DNA from: an uncultured Muribaculaceae bacterium
GTDB lineage: Bacteria; Bacillota_I; Bacilli_A; RF39; UBA660
NCBI GenBank assembly: GCA_964425325.1
Contig: CAYRLX010000006.1
Location: 1-56,305 of the forward strand
Direction of reading: 5' to 3'
DNA: 56,305 nt
This document shows positions 27,501 to 35,574 of this stretch, one piece after another (position 1 is the first letter of the stretch; each line of letters starts with the position of its first letter). A program made the translations under genes and the position numbers. The notes below the pieces were generated by a model that worked only from the letters and a program-made list of their open reading frames with translations, ran no database searches and was not told where the DNA came from.

Positions 27501-28931
27501 GGAACAGCTATTAATACTGTTACTAGATCTTCATCATATACTGGTGCATTTTGTAAGATAGATACTGGTACTTTAGCTATTAATAATTTGAAATATAATG
27601 GTGCTAATGTGTCATCTGTTTATGGGGCTATTTTGGCTGGTTCTAATTCAACAGTAGAGTTAAATAGTGGAGTAGAGATGTACAATTTTAAGAGTTTAAA
27701 TTCTGGAGGCGCAATCGATTCATATCTTGATACTGATACATATTGGGCCCCTACTATAACGATAAACGGAGCTAAGTTATACTCTAATTCGGCTCCAAAT
27801 GGTGGTGCAATTTATGTTGCTAGTGATGTTGATTTAACTATAAATAGTAACACATCAATATATGATAATACTAGTACTAGAGATGGTGGAGGAGCAATTT
27901 ATACAGATAGTGGTTCAACTGTTACTCTTAATGGAGGTAGTATTTACTTCAACTCAGCATCAGCAAATGGAGGAGCTATATATTCAAATGGTATTTTGAA
28001 TTTAGCAGGTAGCCAAATTACCGAAAATGGTGCTACGAATGGTGGTGCTATATATAATAAAGGTACACTTAATTATTCTAGTGGTGCTTTACATGAAAAT
28101 ACTGCTTCATGGGGTGGTGCCATTAATAATACTGGAACATTGAATATGACTGGTGGTAGTATAACTTATAATGAAGGAAATGCTGCAGGTATATTTAATG
28201 ATGGTACTGCTACAATTACTGCTGGAACAATTTCTAATAATACTTCTTCTACGGTTGACCTTCCTGGTGGTGTTTTCAATTCTTATATTGGTAAATTAAC
28301 TGTCGGTGGTACTATAACAATAGATAATAATACTACTAATTATTCAGCTCATGGTAGAGATTTGTATGCTATGAATATAAATAATGACGGAAGAATAACA
28401 GATAGTAATACTGGTTATTGGAATTTAAATTCATCAAATTCTTATTTTGGAGTTTATTCTTCTAGCAACACTAATTTCGTTTTAGATGTTGATCATGGTA
28501 CTGTTGCAAATGGAACTAATGTTGATATTTGGACTAATGGTACAAATACTAATCAGCAATGGAGAGTTTTACCTCATAAGATTGTTAACGGAAAAATCTA
28601 TTATGTTCTAGCTCCTGACTATCCTGGAGATCAGACTTTAAATAACTATGGTAATACATCAACTATCGGAACAAGTGTTAAAACCTGGGAGTGGACTACA
28701 GGTATTAATGGTTCACTTTGGTCTATTGAAAATGCTGGTTCAGGATATTGGTATATCAAGTCTTATACAGGAAACATGTGTCTTGATATTGCTGGCGGTA
28801 CTATGGCAAATGGAACTGATGTTGATGTTTGGACATGTACTTCTCAAGCACATCAAAAGTGGGCATTCAGTTTTGTCAGAGAATATAGAACAGATACTGG
28901 TCAGTGGTACAACTACAGATATACTCAATAA
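18558..28931 (+). CDS. Giant (3457 aa) Thr/Ser-rich surface adhesin: SipW/TasA-like N-terminus, InlB-B (Flg_new) and Ig/MBG-like repeats, beta-helix, C-terminal ricin-B lectin
   Basis: MSGAYAAF signal; recurring GYTF.GW / YA.W repeats; YVKSDGSD..G....PYATI; many GGAIY repeats; QQW/QKW and CLDIAGG ricin-type motifs. Confidence 0.85.
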   Translation: MGEMFMYRAQKQRKYIIVVLSFILIVMSGAYAAFQSNLKIKGTTRITSLWDVRITNVTAGTPTGSAENAVAPTWDKLIANMEANLYEKGDAMEYDVTITNNGTVDAILSDVIGTPSNSEAVIITFSGYAKGEKLYKKGHEGNTKVVHVKIAYNPEYDGGETSGEANVEFNFTQGEGGDIDPGGDKYLIAYNYTYNGGASSQAVDEYVESGTTITLNKTATKPGWTFVGWNTNKNATTGLASVVVSSNTTVYAIYSKTLTATYQKSENIESISKTSDTCTIYNLQTGCNKTLPTITPKPGYTSDTWYNGTEAVGHGGDTYELKNNVTLTTAENTNKYQVVYNYSENGGTSATKTQDSVDYNANIDLTPTATKAGWTFVGWNTDKDACSGLGSLKMGTADVTLYAIYRKEAVTLTAKFNANGATLSSTANKTCTLAAVCNKATQATSCTVDAPTITAPTNTPTVVGFNTSANATTNNSSYNASTGKLTLTASNDNNTWYAITKKDAVVRHITFNPNGNTSFTYSGTRQTATKTYDLCTVAASYNNNQQASTCSATITIPTIEASSNTPTLIGWSNSATNRTAAYTSGQSNVTITASSDLTYYAQTTKAKQYFMVHFSDGTGVSTISKTVDSCVLEETYNGVAQASSCAITLPTITAENGYTKDGFYNGNDRIGNDNTPIGINSDLNGKTFIAKATANIYEVTLDGGDVQQVPSKIYYQFKTTKVIDDITCYYYSDSTLTTCLSGGDSITPPSKDGYTFGGYYTGENGTGNYYIGPTGQIGNILYLTVGNKTLHAKWTANTYNINYTLNGGTNPSTNPTSGTYDSNVQISNPTKTVTITGNANGTGATIGSPTSANQTFAGWTSANLGGNAVTGDTSSPATPWNGSSTTNTYFKNLVNSGSVTMVANWTPVAVKLPTLSKTGSVCKWYTEATGGTEMGSGGDDWLPGATSNAAVTAYVRCDANEYTVKFNANDEDAVGTMADQTYTYGEEKKLTKNAFTKTGYTFKGWATSSTGNVEYDDEEEVSNLATGGTFNLYAVWRDETEPVITATNAAGSTSYLASPLTVNAANNKNTGTFSIKVGATDSGSGLSKIEYVIDQNASNPSSGWTETTNGATLSLTKEFGTYYLHIKATDNDGNISYATTKVLTVRYAITFRDYATNTSNSQILYATPDSPTITIRTPSRTGYTFLGWYTNASGSTKSFGNAEPGDTYTPTKSFITYGHWGKSVSDLTIEGPSGEFVYDGTAKTPTVVVKDGSTTLTLNTHYTVSYSDNTNAGTATLTITGKNAYYSSTRAFYTGSVNKTFTIEKSPTTTTMPNVEKTYNGSAQAASGATSILNSNESAISGGSYTYTYYNGDSCSGTALSGAPKDAGTYSVKATLTGTNNYLTSTSECATYTMAKKKATINVEDSSIDPDFGSSATNTYTYDGDGTVTCSSSDSSKVTCAVDQTNKKITVTPIAATDTPVTITVSASDGTNYSAPDDKTFTVTVGRKPVTFPTCSDKTYTAAEQTLFAAHTSGEYTNSVLKGTNVNSYTVSLTPTANYKWSSGSNVTSARTLTCEIVKSDTTTSLSAITKTYNGSNQPASGATSKLVSNNSTISGASYTYKYYTNSSCSTGETSTSPENAGTYYVKATLTGTNNYNTSTSSCVKYTMNKKVPTLALEKDAINLTPDDSDTNTYTYDGDGNVSCTSGDTSKVTCSVNTSTKKVTVTAQGVTSTPVTITVKATAGDNYSAPTNATFTVAVSDASVPIPEITTTSTLESTSQTATLKCSDDVGVVGYYWGTTAPTSSSQYTAITSTKNMSITQTINAAGTYYLSCKDSSGNISQSPASKEYNSYTINNMLQKTSGDTYTTTDYTQDSSNTYIAPNGTTITMSSVYTVPSGSNANKYKGFSVGAASTTAASVTDEPNPILSSNSTYSVWFTRNLVIFNYKPNGGTVRASTSDSSNTYAWSTDSNDLINISVSGGTAKHLSTNFRYGVNKIDIANYNNSSYLYITKSGSVAPSGAEWICESGCATANMTITQGSKTLTAPTGGVPTDAICNAKNDDCTVVVKVNWKNSAAIPTAANYCQSNLIYNGSEQTVTKAAGTGYTFSGNKGTNAGSYTVTATLASGYTWSDRTTGTKTFSCSIGKATPEITLSATSGTTNVGTNLSFNEKANVAGTFTNTSGTTANATVAPLETSEVAANTNSAVTVTPVKFGTSTITVTFVPTDTTNYNSITADSSGKKTYLARIGATASFEKNGATSIGDSSLSCYPASGETSCTVVAPTITRSGYTIVGWSTNSNATTSSIQPGDNITLTGNETYYAITKKTVTASWNANGATLSSSTASSCDLYNTASSCEVTAPTITRSGYDIIGWNTSTTATTNNSNYNTSTGKLTLSASGNYYAITRKTLTATWNANESTLSSTSPSSCYLYNTTTTCTVDAPTITAPANTPTVVGWNTSATATTNNSNYNTSTGKLTLSASGTWFAITKKDAVTLTASWNANGATLSSTADKTCTLAVTYNGAAQATSCTVDAPTITAPANTPTVLGYNTSADANANHANYNLDNGKLTLTSALNNQTWYAQTMKAATDLKATFDPNGNAGFTFGGTSYTTTTEVTICTAAATYNGAAQATSCSSVTMPTITAHANTTTLIGWSDAANNHTASYTSGQVVNTLDAGGTYYAQTSSGAAVTLTAKWNANGATLSSTANKTCTLATTYNGVAKATSCTVDAPTITREGFNIVGFNTSASATAKHANYNTSTGKLTLTSSLNNKTWYALTNKTITVTFAKGANTSAIGSTSGSCVIRNNNTSCTIATPTITSNSGYLFAGWSTTNGATTGTLPGANITVNSNATYYGNSILGTPTYVEDTEGEVVITFPSGCSSPYTCKYKIGGGSDVSVTTNTVTVNVGEDELITSTAMDGRNTASSTYTSIRHNLYVKSDGSDTTGYGTVAHPYATIARAYNAATDTRTSTIYVMDNITESNGVYMDDSKDIILTSSDTSGVSGTAINTVTRSSSYTGAFCKIDTGTLAINNLKYNGANVSSVYGAILAGSNSTVELNSGVEMYNFKSLNSGGAIDSYLDTDTYWAPTITINGAKLYSNSAPNGGAIYVASDVDLTINSNTSIYDNTSTRDGGGAIYTDSGSTVTLNGGSIYFNSASANGGAIYSNGILNLAGSQITENGATNGGAIYNKGTLNYSSGALHENTASWGGAINNTGTLNMTGGSITYNEGNAAGIFNDGTATITAGTISNNTSSTVDLPGGVFNSYIGKLTVGGTITIDNNTTNYSAHGRDLYAMNINNDGRITDSNTGYWNLNSSNSYFGVYSSSNTNFVLDVDHGTVANGTNVDIWTNGTNTNQQWRVLPHKIVNGKIYYVLAPDYPGDQTLNNYGNTSTIGTSVKTWEWTTGINGSLWSIENAGSGYWYIKSYTGNMCLDIAGGTMANGTDVDVWTCTSQAHQKWAFSFVREYRTDTGQWYNYRYTQ
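25626..25941 (+). repeat. 67-bp identical repeat within tandem ~83-aa modules of the adhesin
   Basis: 25626-25692 = 25875-25941 (TATTNNSNYNTSTGKLTLSASG). Confidence 0.8.
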
Positions 28932-28943
28932 TAGTTTTCAAAT

Positions 28944-28970
28944 AAAAGATGACTTTTGGTCATCTTTTTT
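28944..28970 (+). terminator. Intrinsic terminator after the adhesin
   Basis: AAAAGATGAC-ttttg-GTCATCTTTT plus TT. Confidence 0.8.
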
Positions 28971-29027
28971 GGCTTTAGTAATTATTATATTATTTTTTAT
29001 CTCATATATTATTTTGAGGTGATTTTA

Positions 29028-29309
29028 TTGGAGATAACTTTTGATGAATTATTTAAATTGGAAAGTCCTATTATTATAGATATTAGATCTTTAGAAAAAT
29101 ATAATGATAATCATGTTCCTGGTTCTATAAATATTAATTATAATTCATTACTTTCTAATCCTCAAAAATATTTAAATAAAGATTTAAATTATTATATTTA
29201 TTGTCAGCGTGGTATTACATCTAAAAGGGTGGTAGAACTACTTAGAATATATGGTTATAGTGTCTATAGTATTATAGGTGGTTATGAAAATTATATTTTA
29301 AATAATTAA
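29028..29309 (+). CDS. Rhodanese-like domain protein
   Basis: IIDIRS..Y...HVPGSINI, YCQRG..S, GGY; TTG start after GAGGTG (ORF track starts at 28956). Confidence 0.85.
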   Translation: MEITFDELFKLESPIIIDIRSLEKYNDNHVPGSININYNSLLSNPQKYLNKDLNYYIYCQRGITSKRVVELLRIYGYSVYSIIGGYENYILNN

Positions 29310-29380
29310 AAAATTTTTTAAAAAATATTTACAAACATTTGTATGAATGATATATTTATATGTAGTTATAAAATATAGGA

Positions 29381-30454
29381 GTGATAATAATGGAATATGT
29401 AATAATAGGACTTTTAGTAATAGTATTAATCGTATGTATTATATCTTTAACTAAGAATGTGAATGAATCTAATATTACTGAAAGACTTGGAAAATTAGAG
29501 ACTGATATGGTTAAAGAATTAGGTGGATTTAGAAGTGATATTAACAAAAGTTTAACTGATGATTTTAATGGTTTGTCAGACAGAATTGATAATAGACTAA
29601 ATTTAATCAATGACAAAGTTAATGAAAGACTTGATCAGAATTTTGAAAGAACTAATAAGACTTTTACTTCTGTTTTAGAAAGACTTTCTAAAATAGATGA
29701 AGCTCAGAAAAAAATTGATGTTCTTTCTTCTGATATTGTTTCTTTACAAGGAGTACTTACTGATAAAAAGACTCGTGGTATTTTTGGCGAAGTTAATTTA
29801 AAACATATTTTGAATAATGTTTTTGGTGATGGTAATAATAATATATATAAGCTTCAATATACTTTAAGCAATGGTACTATAGCTGACTGCGTTTTATTTG
29901 CTCCTGAACCACTAGGACTTATTGCGATTGATTCTAAGTTTCCTCTTGAAAACTATCAAAATATGGTTGATAGAAATAATCCTGATAGAAATCTTTATGA
30001 GAAGAAATTTAAAATAGATATGAAAAAACATATAGATGCTATTGCGAATAAATATATTATTCCGGGTGAGACTACTGATCAGGCTATTTTGTTTTTGCCA
30101 GCCGAGGCTATTTTTGCTGAAGTTAATGCTTATCATCAAGATATTATCGATTATGCTTATTCGAGAAGAGTTTGGATATGTTCTCCAACTACTTTAATAA
30201 GTACTTTAACTACTTTACAAATAATTATCAAGAATATTGAAAGAGATAAATATACTAAAGTTATTCATCAAGAACTTAAGTTATTAGATGTTGAATTTAA
30301 GAGATACAAGGATAGATGGGATAAGCTTTCTCGTAGTATTGAAACTGTCAGTAAAGATGTAAAAGATATTCATACAACTACTGATAAGATTACTAAGAGG
30401 TTTAATTCGATAAATGATGTGGAGGTTGAAAAAATTGAGCATGAAGAGGATTAA
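29381..30454 (+). CDS. rmuC: DNA recombination protein RmuC
   Basis: N-terminal TM, coiled coil, KTRGIFGE, IDSKFP, FLPAEAIF, SPTTL. Confidence 0.92.
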   Translation: MIIMEYVIIGLLVIVLIVCIISLTKNVNESNITERLGKLETDMVKELGGFRSDINKSLTDDFNGLSDRIDNRLNLINDKVNERLDQNFERTNKTFTSVLERLSKIDEAQKKIDVLSSDIVSLQGVLTDKKTRGIFGEVNLKHILNNVFGDGNNNIYKLQYTLSNGTIADCVLFAPEPLGLIAIDSKFPLENYQNMVDRNNPDRNLYEKKFKIDMKKHIDAIANKYIIPGETTDQAILFLPAEAIFAEVNAYHQDIIDYAYSRRVWICSPTTLISTLTTLQIIIKNIERDKYTKVIHQELKLLDVEFKRYKDRWDKLSRSIETVSKDVKDIHTTTDKITKRFNSINDVEVEKIEHEED

Positions 30455-30986
30455 TTATTTATTAATATTTATTGTTTTAATTTTTTCTTTATTTAATGTA
30501 TTATCTGAATTTGATAGGGGAATAGTAATAGTTTTAAAGGATGCAAGTATTATACTCACTATTACTCTTCCTTATATTGTAAAAAAAATATTTAATTTTG
30601 ATATTAGTGAATATTTGATTTTTATTTGGATTATTTTCATTTTTTTAGCTCATTATTTAGGTGTAAGTTTAGAATTATATAATAAATGGTATTATTTTGA
30701 TAAGGTTACTCATTTTATGTCAGGTGTTTTATCTGCTGGTGTTGCTTTTTTAATAATAGAAAATATGAAATATAAAAATATCTTATTTAATATTTTATTT
30801 ATTATATCATTTACTTGGTTTTGTGCTGGAATGTGGGAAGTATTTGAATTTACTTGCAATTATTTATTTGGTGGAGATGCTCAAAAAGTAGCTTTAACTG
30901 GGGTATCTGATACTATGTGGGATATGATCGTAGCTTTTTTTGGCTCAATAATTATAAGTTTTATTTATTATTTTAGAAAGAAATAG
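30414..30986 (+). CDS. DUF2238/YjdF-like integral membrane protein
   Basis: FDKVTHF, WEVFEF, DTMWDM motifs in a multi-TM protein. Confidence 0.7.
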   Translation: MMWRLKKLSMKRINYLLIFIVLIFSLFNVLSEFDRGIVIVLKDASIILTITLPYIVKKIFNFDISEYLIFIWIIFIFLAHYLGVSLELYNKWYYFDKVTHFMSGVLSAGVAFLIIENMKYKNILFNILFIISFTWFCAGMWEVFEFTCNYLFGGDAQKVALTGVSDTMWDMIVAFFGSIIISFIYYFRKK

Positions 30987-31061
30987 TTATTATTTCTTTT
31001 TTTCTATAAATACTATATTTTTTTGTTTTTTTGCTTTATAATTACTATAGAGGGGATATGA

Positions 31062-33188
31062 ATGGAAGAGAAAGTATTAAATATTATTAATGGTAAAAAT
31101 AAAGCTTTAACTTATGAAGAAATCGCATCTGAATTAAATGAGGATGAGCTAAAGGAATTAACTAAGGTTTTAATAGATTTAGAAAAAAATCTTAAAATCA
31201 GGGTTACTAATAAGGGAAAGTATGAAAAGTTTAATGATAGGCTTAAAAAAATAGGGACATTTGCTGGCAATAAAAAAGGATTTGGTTTTGTCATTGTCGA
31301 AGGAGAAAAACAGGATTATTATGTTTCTAAAGAAAATGTTAATGGAGCTGTTGATGGTGATGAGGTAATTATAAAAATCACTAATGAAAGTAAGCGTGAG
31401 GCAGTAGTTTGCTCTATTAATAAACGCAATATGAGTAGTTTTATCGTTGGTGAATTTTATGTTAGTGATGATAAGAATTTTATTAGATTAGATGATGATA
31501 AGTTAAAAATAGTTGTCGAGATTCCATCTGATAAAATAAATGGAGCTGTTAGTGGACATAAGGTTATTGTTAAAATAGATAATAAAATAGAAAAAAGTAA
31601 TTATTATCTAGGGGAAGTTATTAGGATTCTTGGTCATAAGGATGATCCTGGTGTAGATATTTTATCTATTGCTGCTAAACATCAGATTAGTGATGTTTTT
31701 CCTGATGATGTAGTAGATGAGCTTAAAAATATTCCTAGTGAGGTTTCTTCTGATGAGCTTAGTGGACGAAAAGATTTAACTGATGAAGTTATTTTTACAA
31801 TAGATGGTGATGATACTAAAGACATAGATGATGCGATTAGTGTCTCAAAGCTTTCAAATGGTAATTATTTGCTTGGTGTTCATATAGCTGATGTTAGTCA
31901 TTATGTTAAGTATGATACTGCTTTATATAAAGAGGCTTTTGCGCGTGGTACTAGTAGTTATTTGGCTAATACGGTAATTCCTATGATTCCTCATCAACTT
32001 TCAAATGGTATATGTTCTCTTAATCCTGATGTAGTGCGTCTAACTATTTCTTGTGTGATGGAAGTAGATGGCAATGGTAATGCTCTTAATAGTGAAATTT
32101 TTGAAAGTTATATTAAGTCTAGGAAGCAAATGACTTATAAGAATGTAAATAAAATATTAGAGGAAAATACTGTTCCTTCTGGTTATGAAGAATTTAAGGA
32201 TGATTTACTTTTGATGAAGGAGCTTGCTGATATAGTTAGAAAGAAGAAAATATCTAAGGGTTATATCGAGTTTGATGATACTGAACCGGTTATTGTCACT
32301 GATGATGATGGAAGAGCTATTGATATTTTAAAAAGGGAAAGAGGGGCAGGAGAAAAGTTAATAGAAGACTTTATGATTCTTGCTAATGAAACTGTAGCTA
32401 GTACTATTAGTTATATGGATCTTCCTTTTATATATCGTGTTCATGGAACTCCTGATGAAGATAAGATAAAACAGTTTTTAGGTTTAACTTCTATTCTTGG
32501 TTATAAAGTGAATGCTAGTGTGAAAAATATTACTCCAAAAACTATTCAAAGTATGCTTAATCAGCTTAGGGATAAAAAAGAGTTCCCTGTTCTTAGTTCG
32601 ATGTTACTTAGAAGTATGAAAAAGGCTGTTTATGATAGTATAAATATAGGTCATTTTGGACTTGCAAGTAAGTTTTATACTCATTTTACTTCTCCTATTA
32701 GAAGGTTTCCCGATTTGACTGTTCATAGATTACTTAGAACTTATTTATTTGAAAATAAAATTAATAATGAGACTGTGGATTATTTTTCTCGTGAGCTTCC
32801 TTTAATTGCCGAGCAATCTTCTTTAAGAGAGAGGGCTGCTGTAGATTGTGAGAGGGAAGTTGATGACATGAAGATGGCTGAATATATGGAAGGTCATATT
32901 GGTGAAGTTTACAAGGGAATGATAAGTACTGTTACTAATTATGGAATGTATGTCATTATTAATGGTTTGATAGAGGGAATGATTAGAGTAGAGGATTTGA
33001 CTGGTGACTATTATTTATATGATGAAAGTACTTATAGTTTAATTGGCAAAAGTAGTAAGAAGAGATATATGCTTGGTAATATGATTGACGTTGAGGTTAC
33101 TTCTGTTATAAAAGAAAAGGGACTTATTAATTTAAAATTATTTGAAGGTGATAAGGGTGGAAATAAACAACAGAAAAGCAAAATATAA
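31062..33188 (+). CDS. rnr: Ribonuclease R
   Basis: [31 protein letters not shown]-terminal S1 domain; adjacent to smpB. Confidence 0.95.
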   Translation: MEEKVLNIINGKNKALTYEEIASELNEDELKELTKVLIDLEKNLKIRVTNKGKYEKFNDRLKKIGTFAGNKKGFGFVIVEGEKQDYYVSKENVNGAVDGDEVIIKITNESKREAVVCSINKRNMSSFIVGEFYVSDDKNFIRLDDDKLKIVVEIPSDKINGAVSGHKVIVKIDNKIEKSNYYLGEVIRILGHKDDPGVDILSIAAKHQISDVFPDDVVDELKNIPSEVSSDELSGRKDLTDEVIFTIDGDDTKDIDDAISVSKLSNGNYLLGVHIADVSHYVKYDTALYKEAFARGTSSYLANTVIPMIPHQLSNGICSLNPDVVRLTISCVMEVDGNGNALNSEIFESYIKSRKQMTYKNVNKILEENTVPSGYEEFKDDLLLMKELADIVRKKKISKGYIEFDDTEPVIVTDDDGRAIDILKRERGAGEKLIEDFMILANETVASTISYMDLPFIYRVHGTPDEDKIKQFLGLTSILGYKVNASVKNITPKTIQSMLNQLRDKKEFPVLSSMLLRSMKKAVYDSINIGHFGLASKFYTHFTSPIRRFPDLTVHRLLRTYLFENKINNETVDYFSRELPLIAEQSSLRERAAVDCEREVDDMKMAEYMEGHIGEVYKGMISTVTNYGMYVIINGLIEGMIRVEDLTGDYYLYDESTYSLIGKSSKKRYMLGNMIDVEVTSVIKEKGLINLKLFEGDKGGNKQQKSKI

Positions 33189-33591
33189 TTATCAAATAAT
33201 CGATAGTATTGAGGCTGGAATAGTTCTTACTGGTACTGAGATTAAATCTTTAAGAGGCGGCAAGGCTAATATAAAAGATAGTTATGCGAGTGTTAAAAAT
33301 GGTGAGGCATTTTTAATTAATATGCATATAAGTACTTATGAAAATGGAAATATTTTCAATCATGATGAGACTAGAACTAGAAAACTTTTACTTCATAAAA
33401 ATGAAATTCTTAAATTAAATGATAAGGTTAGGATAGAAGGCTTTACTTTAATTCCTTTAAAGGTTTATTTAAAAAGAGGTAAAGCTAAGGTACTAATTGG
33501 TATTTGTAAGGGTAAAAAGATATATGATAAGAGGGAAGATATTAAGAAAAGAGATATCGAAAGAAGTATAAGAAGTAAATTAAAAAAATAA
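33157..33591 (+). CDS. smpB: SsrA-binding protein SmpB
   Basis: [35 protein letters not shown]; probable GTG start (ORF track starts at 33142). Confidence 0.97.
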   Translation: MEINNRKAKYNYQIIDSIEAGIVLTGTEIKSLRGGKANIKDSYASVKNGEAFLINMHISTYENGNIFNHDETRTRKLLLHKNEILKLNDKVRIEGFTLIPLKVYLKRGKAKVLIGICKGKKIYDKREDIKKRDIERSIRSKLKK

Positions 33592-33605
33592 ATCTAATTA
33601 CAGAT

Positions 33606-34568
33606 TTATTTTTTATTATTACTGTTTTCATAGTATTCTTGCATATCAACTATATTGTATCCTTTTTCAATAATTTCTTCATAAGGCCTTTTATTTAATA
33701 TAAGTCCATTAATTTCTCCTCGTTCTTCTAAAACATAATATCCTTCTTCATCTGAATCTACTACCATCATGATGTGTCTTCCTGAAACACTTTCATTATT
33801 GACTAGTAGAAAATCTCCTTTGTTTGCTTTATTTGTTTGCGGGCTTTTTAAAATTTTATTTACTTTAGCCCATGCGCTTAATTCAAAGTTATTATTAATT
33901 ATTCCGTCATTATATTCTTTTGATGAATCACTACTGTTATCTACTGAAATTATTTTGAAGTATTCTTCTTTTTGATTTTCATTTATTTCTGGCCATTTAT
34001 ATCCACCATTATATAATGACCAAAATACAAAGCTACTACAGTCTAGATATGTTTCTTCTTCTATACCTTCAAGCATGGTTCTATTTGCTAAAGAAGAGCT
34101 ATATCTAAAGTTTTCTCCTGTTATTAATGTGTATTCTGATAGGGCTAGGCCTGCTAATATGACTCCGTCTTTCGTTTTATAATTATCTGATATTGTATTT
34201 TTTATAAAATCATTAAATTCTTTGATTGTTATATTTTTATTATTTAAAGCATTTACTGGGGCGCTATAATTGTTTTCTTTTCCTTTATAAAAATTTAACA
34301 TTTTTTCAAGTAAGTTACTATTTATAAAATCAGTAGTAGTAATTAATTTATTATATTCTAGAAGATCTTCTATTGAAATATTGTTGTAATTGTTTTCTTC
34401 AAATTTTTTAAGCTTATTTTCTATTTCTATTTCAGTATCTTCATAAAAATCTTCTGTTATTACTTTTACTTCCTCAGTTATGTTTTTAATTGTTTTATTG
34501 ATTAAGTTTATTGGTGTCTTATTTGATACTTTTACATTTACTTTCTTTATTGTCTGCATTTTCATCAT
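33606..34568 (-). CDS. NlpC/P60-like cysteine peptidase without a signal peptide
   Basis: LDCSSFVFWSL..GG, KGDFLL, RHIMMV..E; long acidic/Asn-rich N-terminus. Confidence 0.7.
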   Translation of the reverse strand: MMKMQTIKKVNVKVSNKTPINLINKTIKNITEEVKVITEDFYEDTEIEIENKLKKFEENNYNNISIEDLLEYNKLITTTDFINSNLLEKMLNFYKGKENNYSAPVNALNNKNITIKEFNDFIKNTISDNYKTKDGVILAGLALSEYTLITGENFRYSSSLANRTMLEGIEEETYLDCSSFVFWSLYNGGYKWPEINENQKEEYFKIISVDNSSDSSKEYNDGIINNNFELSAWAKVNKILKSPQTNKANKGDFLLVNNESVSGRHIMMVVDSDEEGYYVLEERGEINGLILNKRPYEEIIEKGYNIVDMQEYYENSNNKK

Positions 34569-34615
34569 TCCTTTTTTATATTATATCATTGTATTATTTA
34601 TTTAACAATCGTCAT

Positions 34616-34644
34616 TTGTATTTTCAAGTATTTTATGTTACAAT
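34616..34644 (+). promoter_or_regulatory. ssrA promoter TTGTAT-17-TACAAT with extended TG
   Basis: Read directly upstream of the tmRNA 5' end. Confidence 0.6.
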
Positions 34645-34659
34645 AAATTTGTTTAATTC

Positions 34660-35009
34660 GGGCCCGCTTTGGTTTCGACAGGGGTGTGGAAGATTAAACT
34701 GCAAGTCGGAGTGACACGTTAAGTCTAAACAAAAAATAACTGGAAACAGTAATAATTTAGTACCTTCATTTGCCTAAGGTTGGCTTGGTACACTTCTTTA
34801 ATTTTTTTACTCACGAAAAATTTTAGAGGTTCGCTTTAGTGAGTTATATCGATTTTTTGCCTAGGAATATCGACGAATTTTATAGGCTTACTGATAAATT
34901 TGGTTGTTAGTTACTTTAATTTACCAGGAATTATATTAACTAACTAAACTTGTAGATGTTTATTTGGAAATGCTTTTGGACGGGAGTTCAATTCTCCCCG
35001 GGTCCACCA
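34660..35009 (+). ncRNA. ssrA: tmRNA (transfer-messenger RNA)
   Basis: Acceptor stem GGGCCCG/CGGGTCC-ACCA with G3-U; GGTTTCGAC motif; T-arm GGGAG-TTCAATT-CTCCC; tag ORF GNSNNLVPSFA* at 34742-34777 after ATAACT; close to smpB. Confidence 0.95.
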
Positions 35010-35082
35010 ATTGTTAATTTGTTCGAACTTTTTAATTATAGTTCGATTAAAATAAATTTTAAAATTGCATAATATAACTTTG

Positions 35083-35127
35083 ATAGTAGAGTCGGATAAA
35101 GCATTGATAAAGTCCGACTTTTACTAT
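35083..35127. terminator. Hairpin downstream of ssrA
   Basis: ATAGTAGAGTCGGA...TCCGACTTTTACTAT imperfect inverted repeat. Confidence 0.5.
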
Positions 35128-35168
35128 ATAATAATATTGGTATTTATAATAGTATGTAAGGTGGAAAT

Positions 35169-35516
35169 ATGAATAAAAGAGGATTTACTTTGATAGAATT
35201 ACTTGGAAGTATTGTTATTTTGAGTTTGATTGCTTTAGTTGCTTTTCCTTCAATATTAAATTTTTTAAGTTCTTCTCAAAATAATATAAATGAGGCTAAA
35301 AAGAGTGTAATAATAGGGGCAGCTAAAGAATATGTAACTGATAATGAAAATAATTATAAAAGAGATTCTTCATTAAATAAAAAAATAGCAACCTCTTTAT
35401 TAGTAAGTGAGGGTTATATAACTAATAAGGATATTATGGATGATGATTCTTGGGTTTGTGTTACAGTGAATGATAGTAATAAATATGTATTTAAATATAA
35501 GGATATTTGTGATTGA
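35169..35516 (+). CDS. Type IV pilin / pseudopilin (N-methylation motif)
   Basis: MNKRG-FTLIELL class III signal peptide; C-terminal Cys pair. Confidence 0.88.
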   Translation: MNKRGFTLIELLGSIVILSLIALVAFPSILNFLSSSQNNINEAKKSVIIGAAKEYVTDNENNYKRDSSLNKKIATSLLVSEGYITNKDIMDDDSWVCVTVNDSNKYVFKYKDICD

Positions 35517-35574
35517 TTAGTTTTTAAAAATGTGATAATATACTCCCCAGTTGGGGAGTTTTATGGGTGATTTT

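Noticed and set aside
34511-34714. 67-aa ORF on the + strand
   Set aside because: Overlaps the tmRNA, its promoter and the start of the minus-strand gene
35010-35130. Island integrated at the ssrA 3' end
   Set aside because: No integrase and no duplicated ssrA 3' fragment seen; only short hairpins follow
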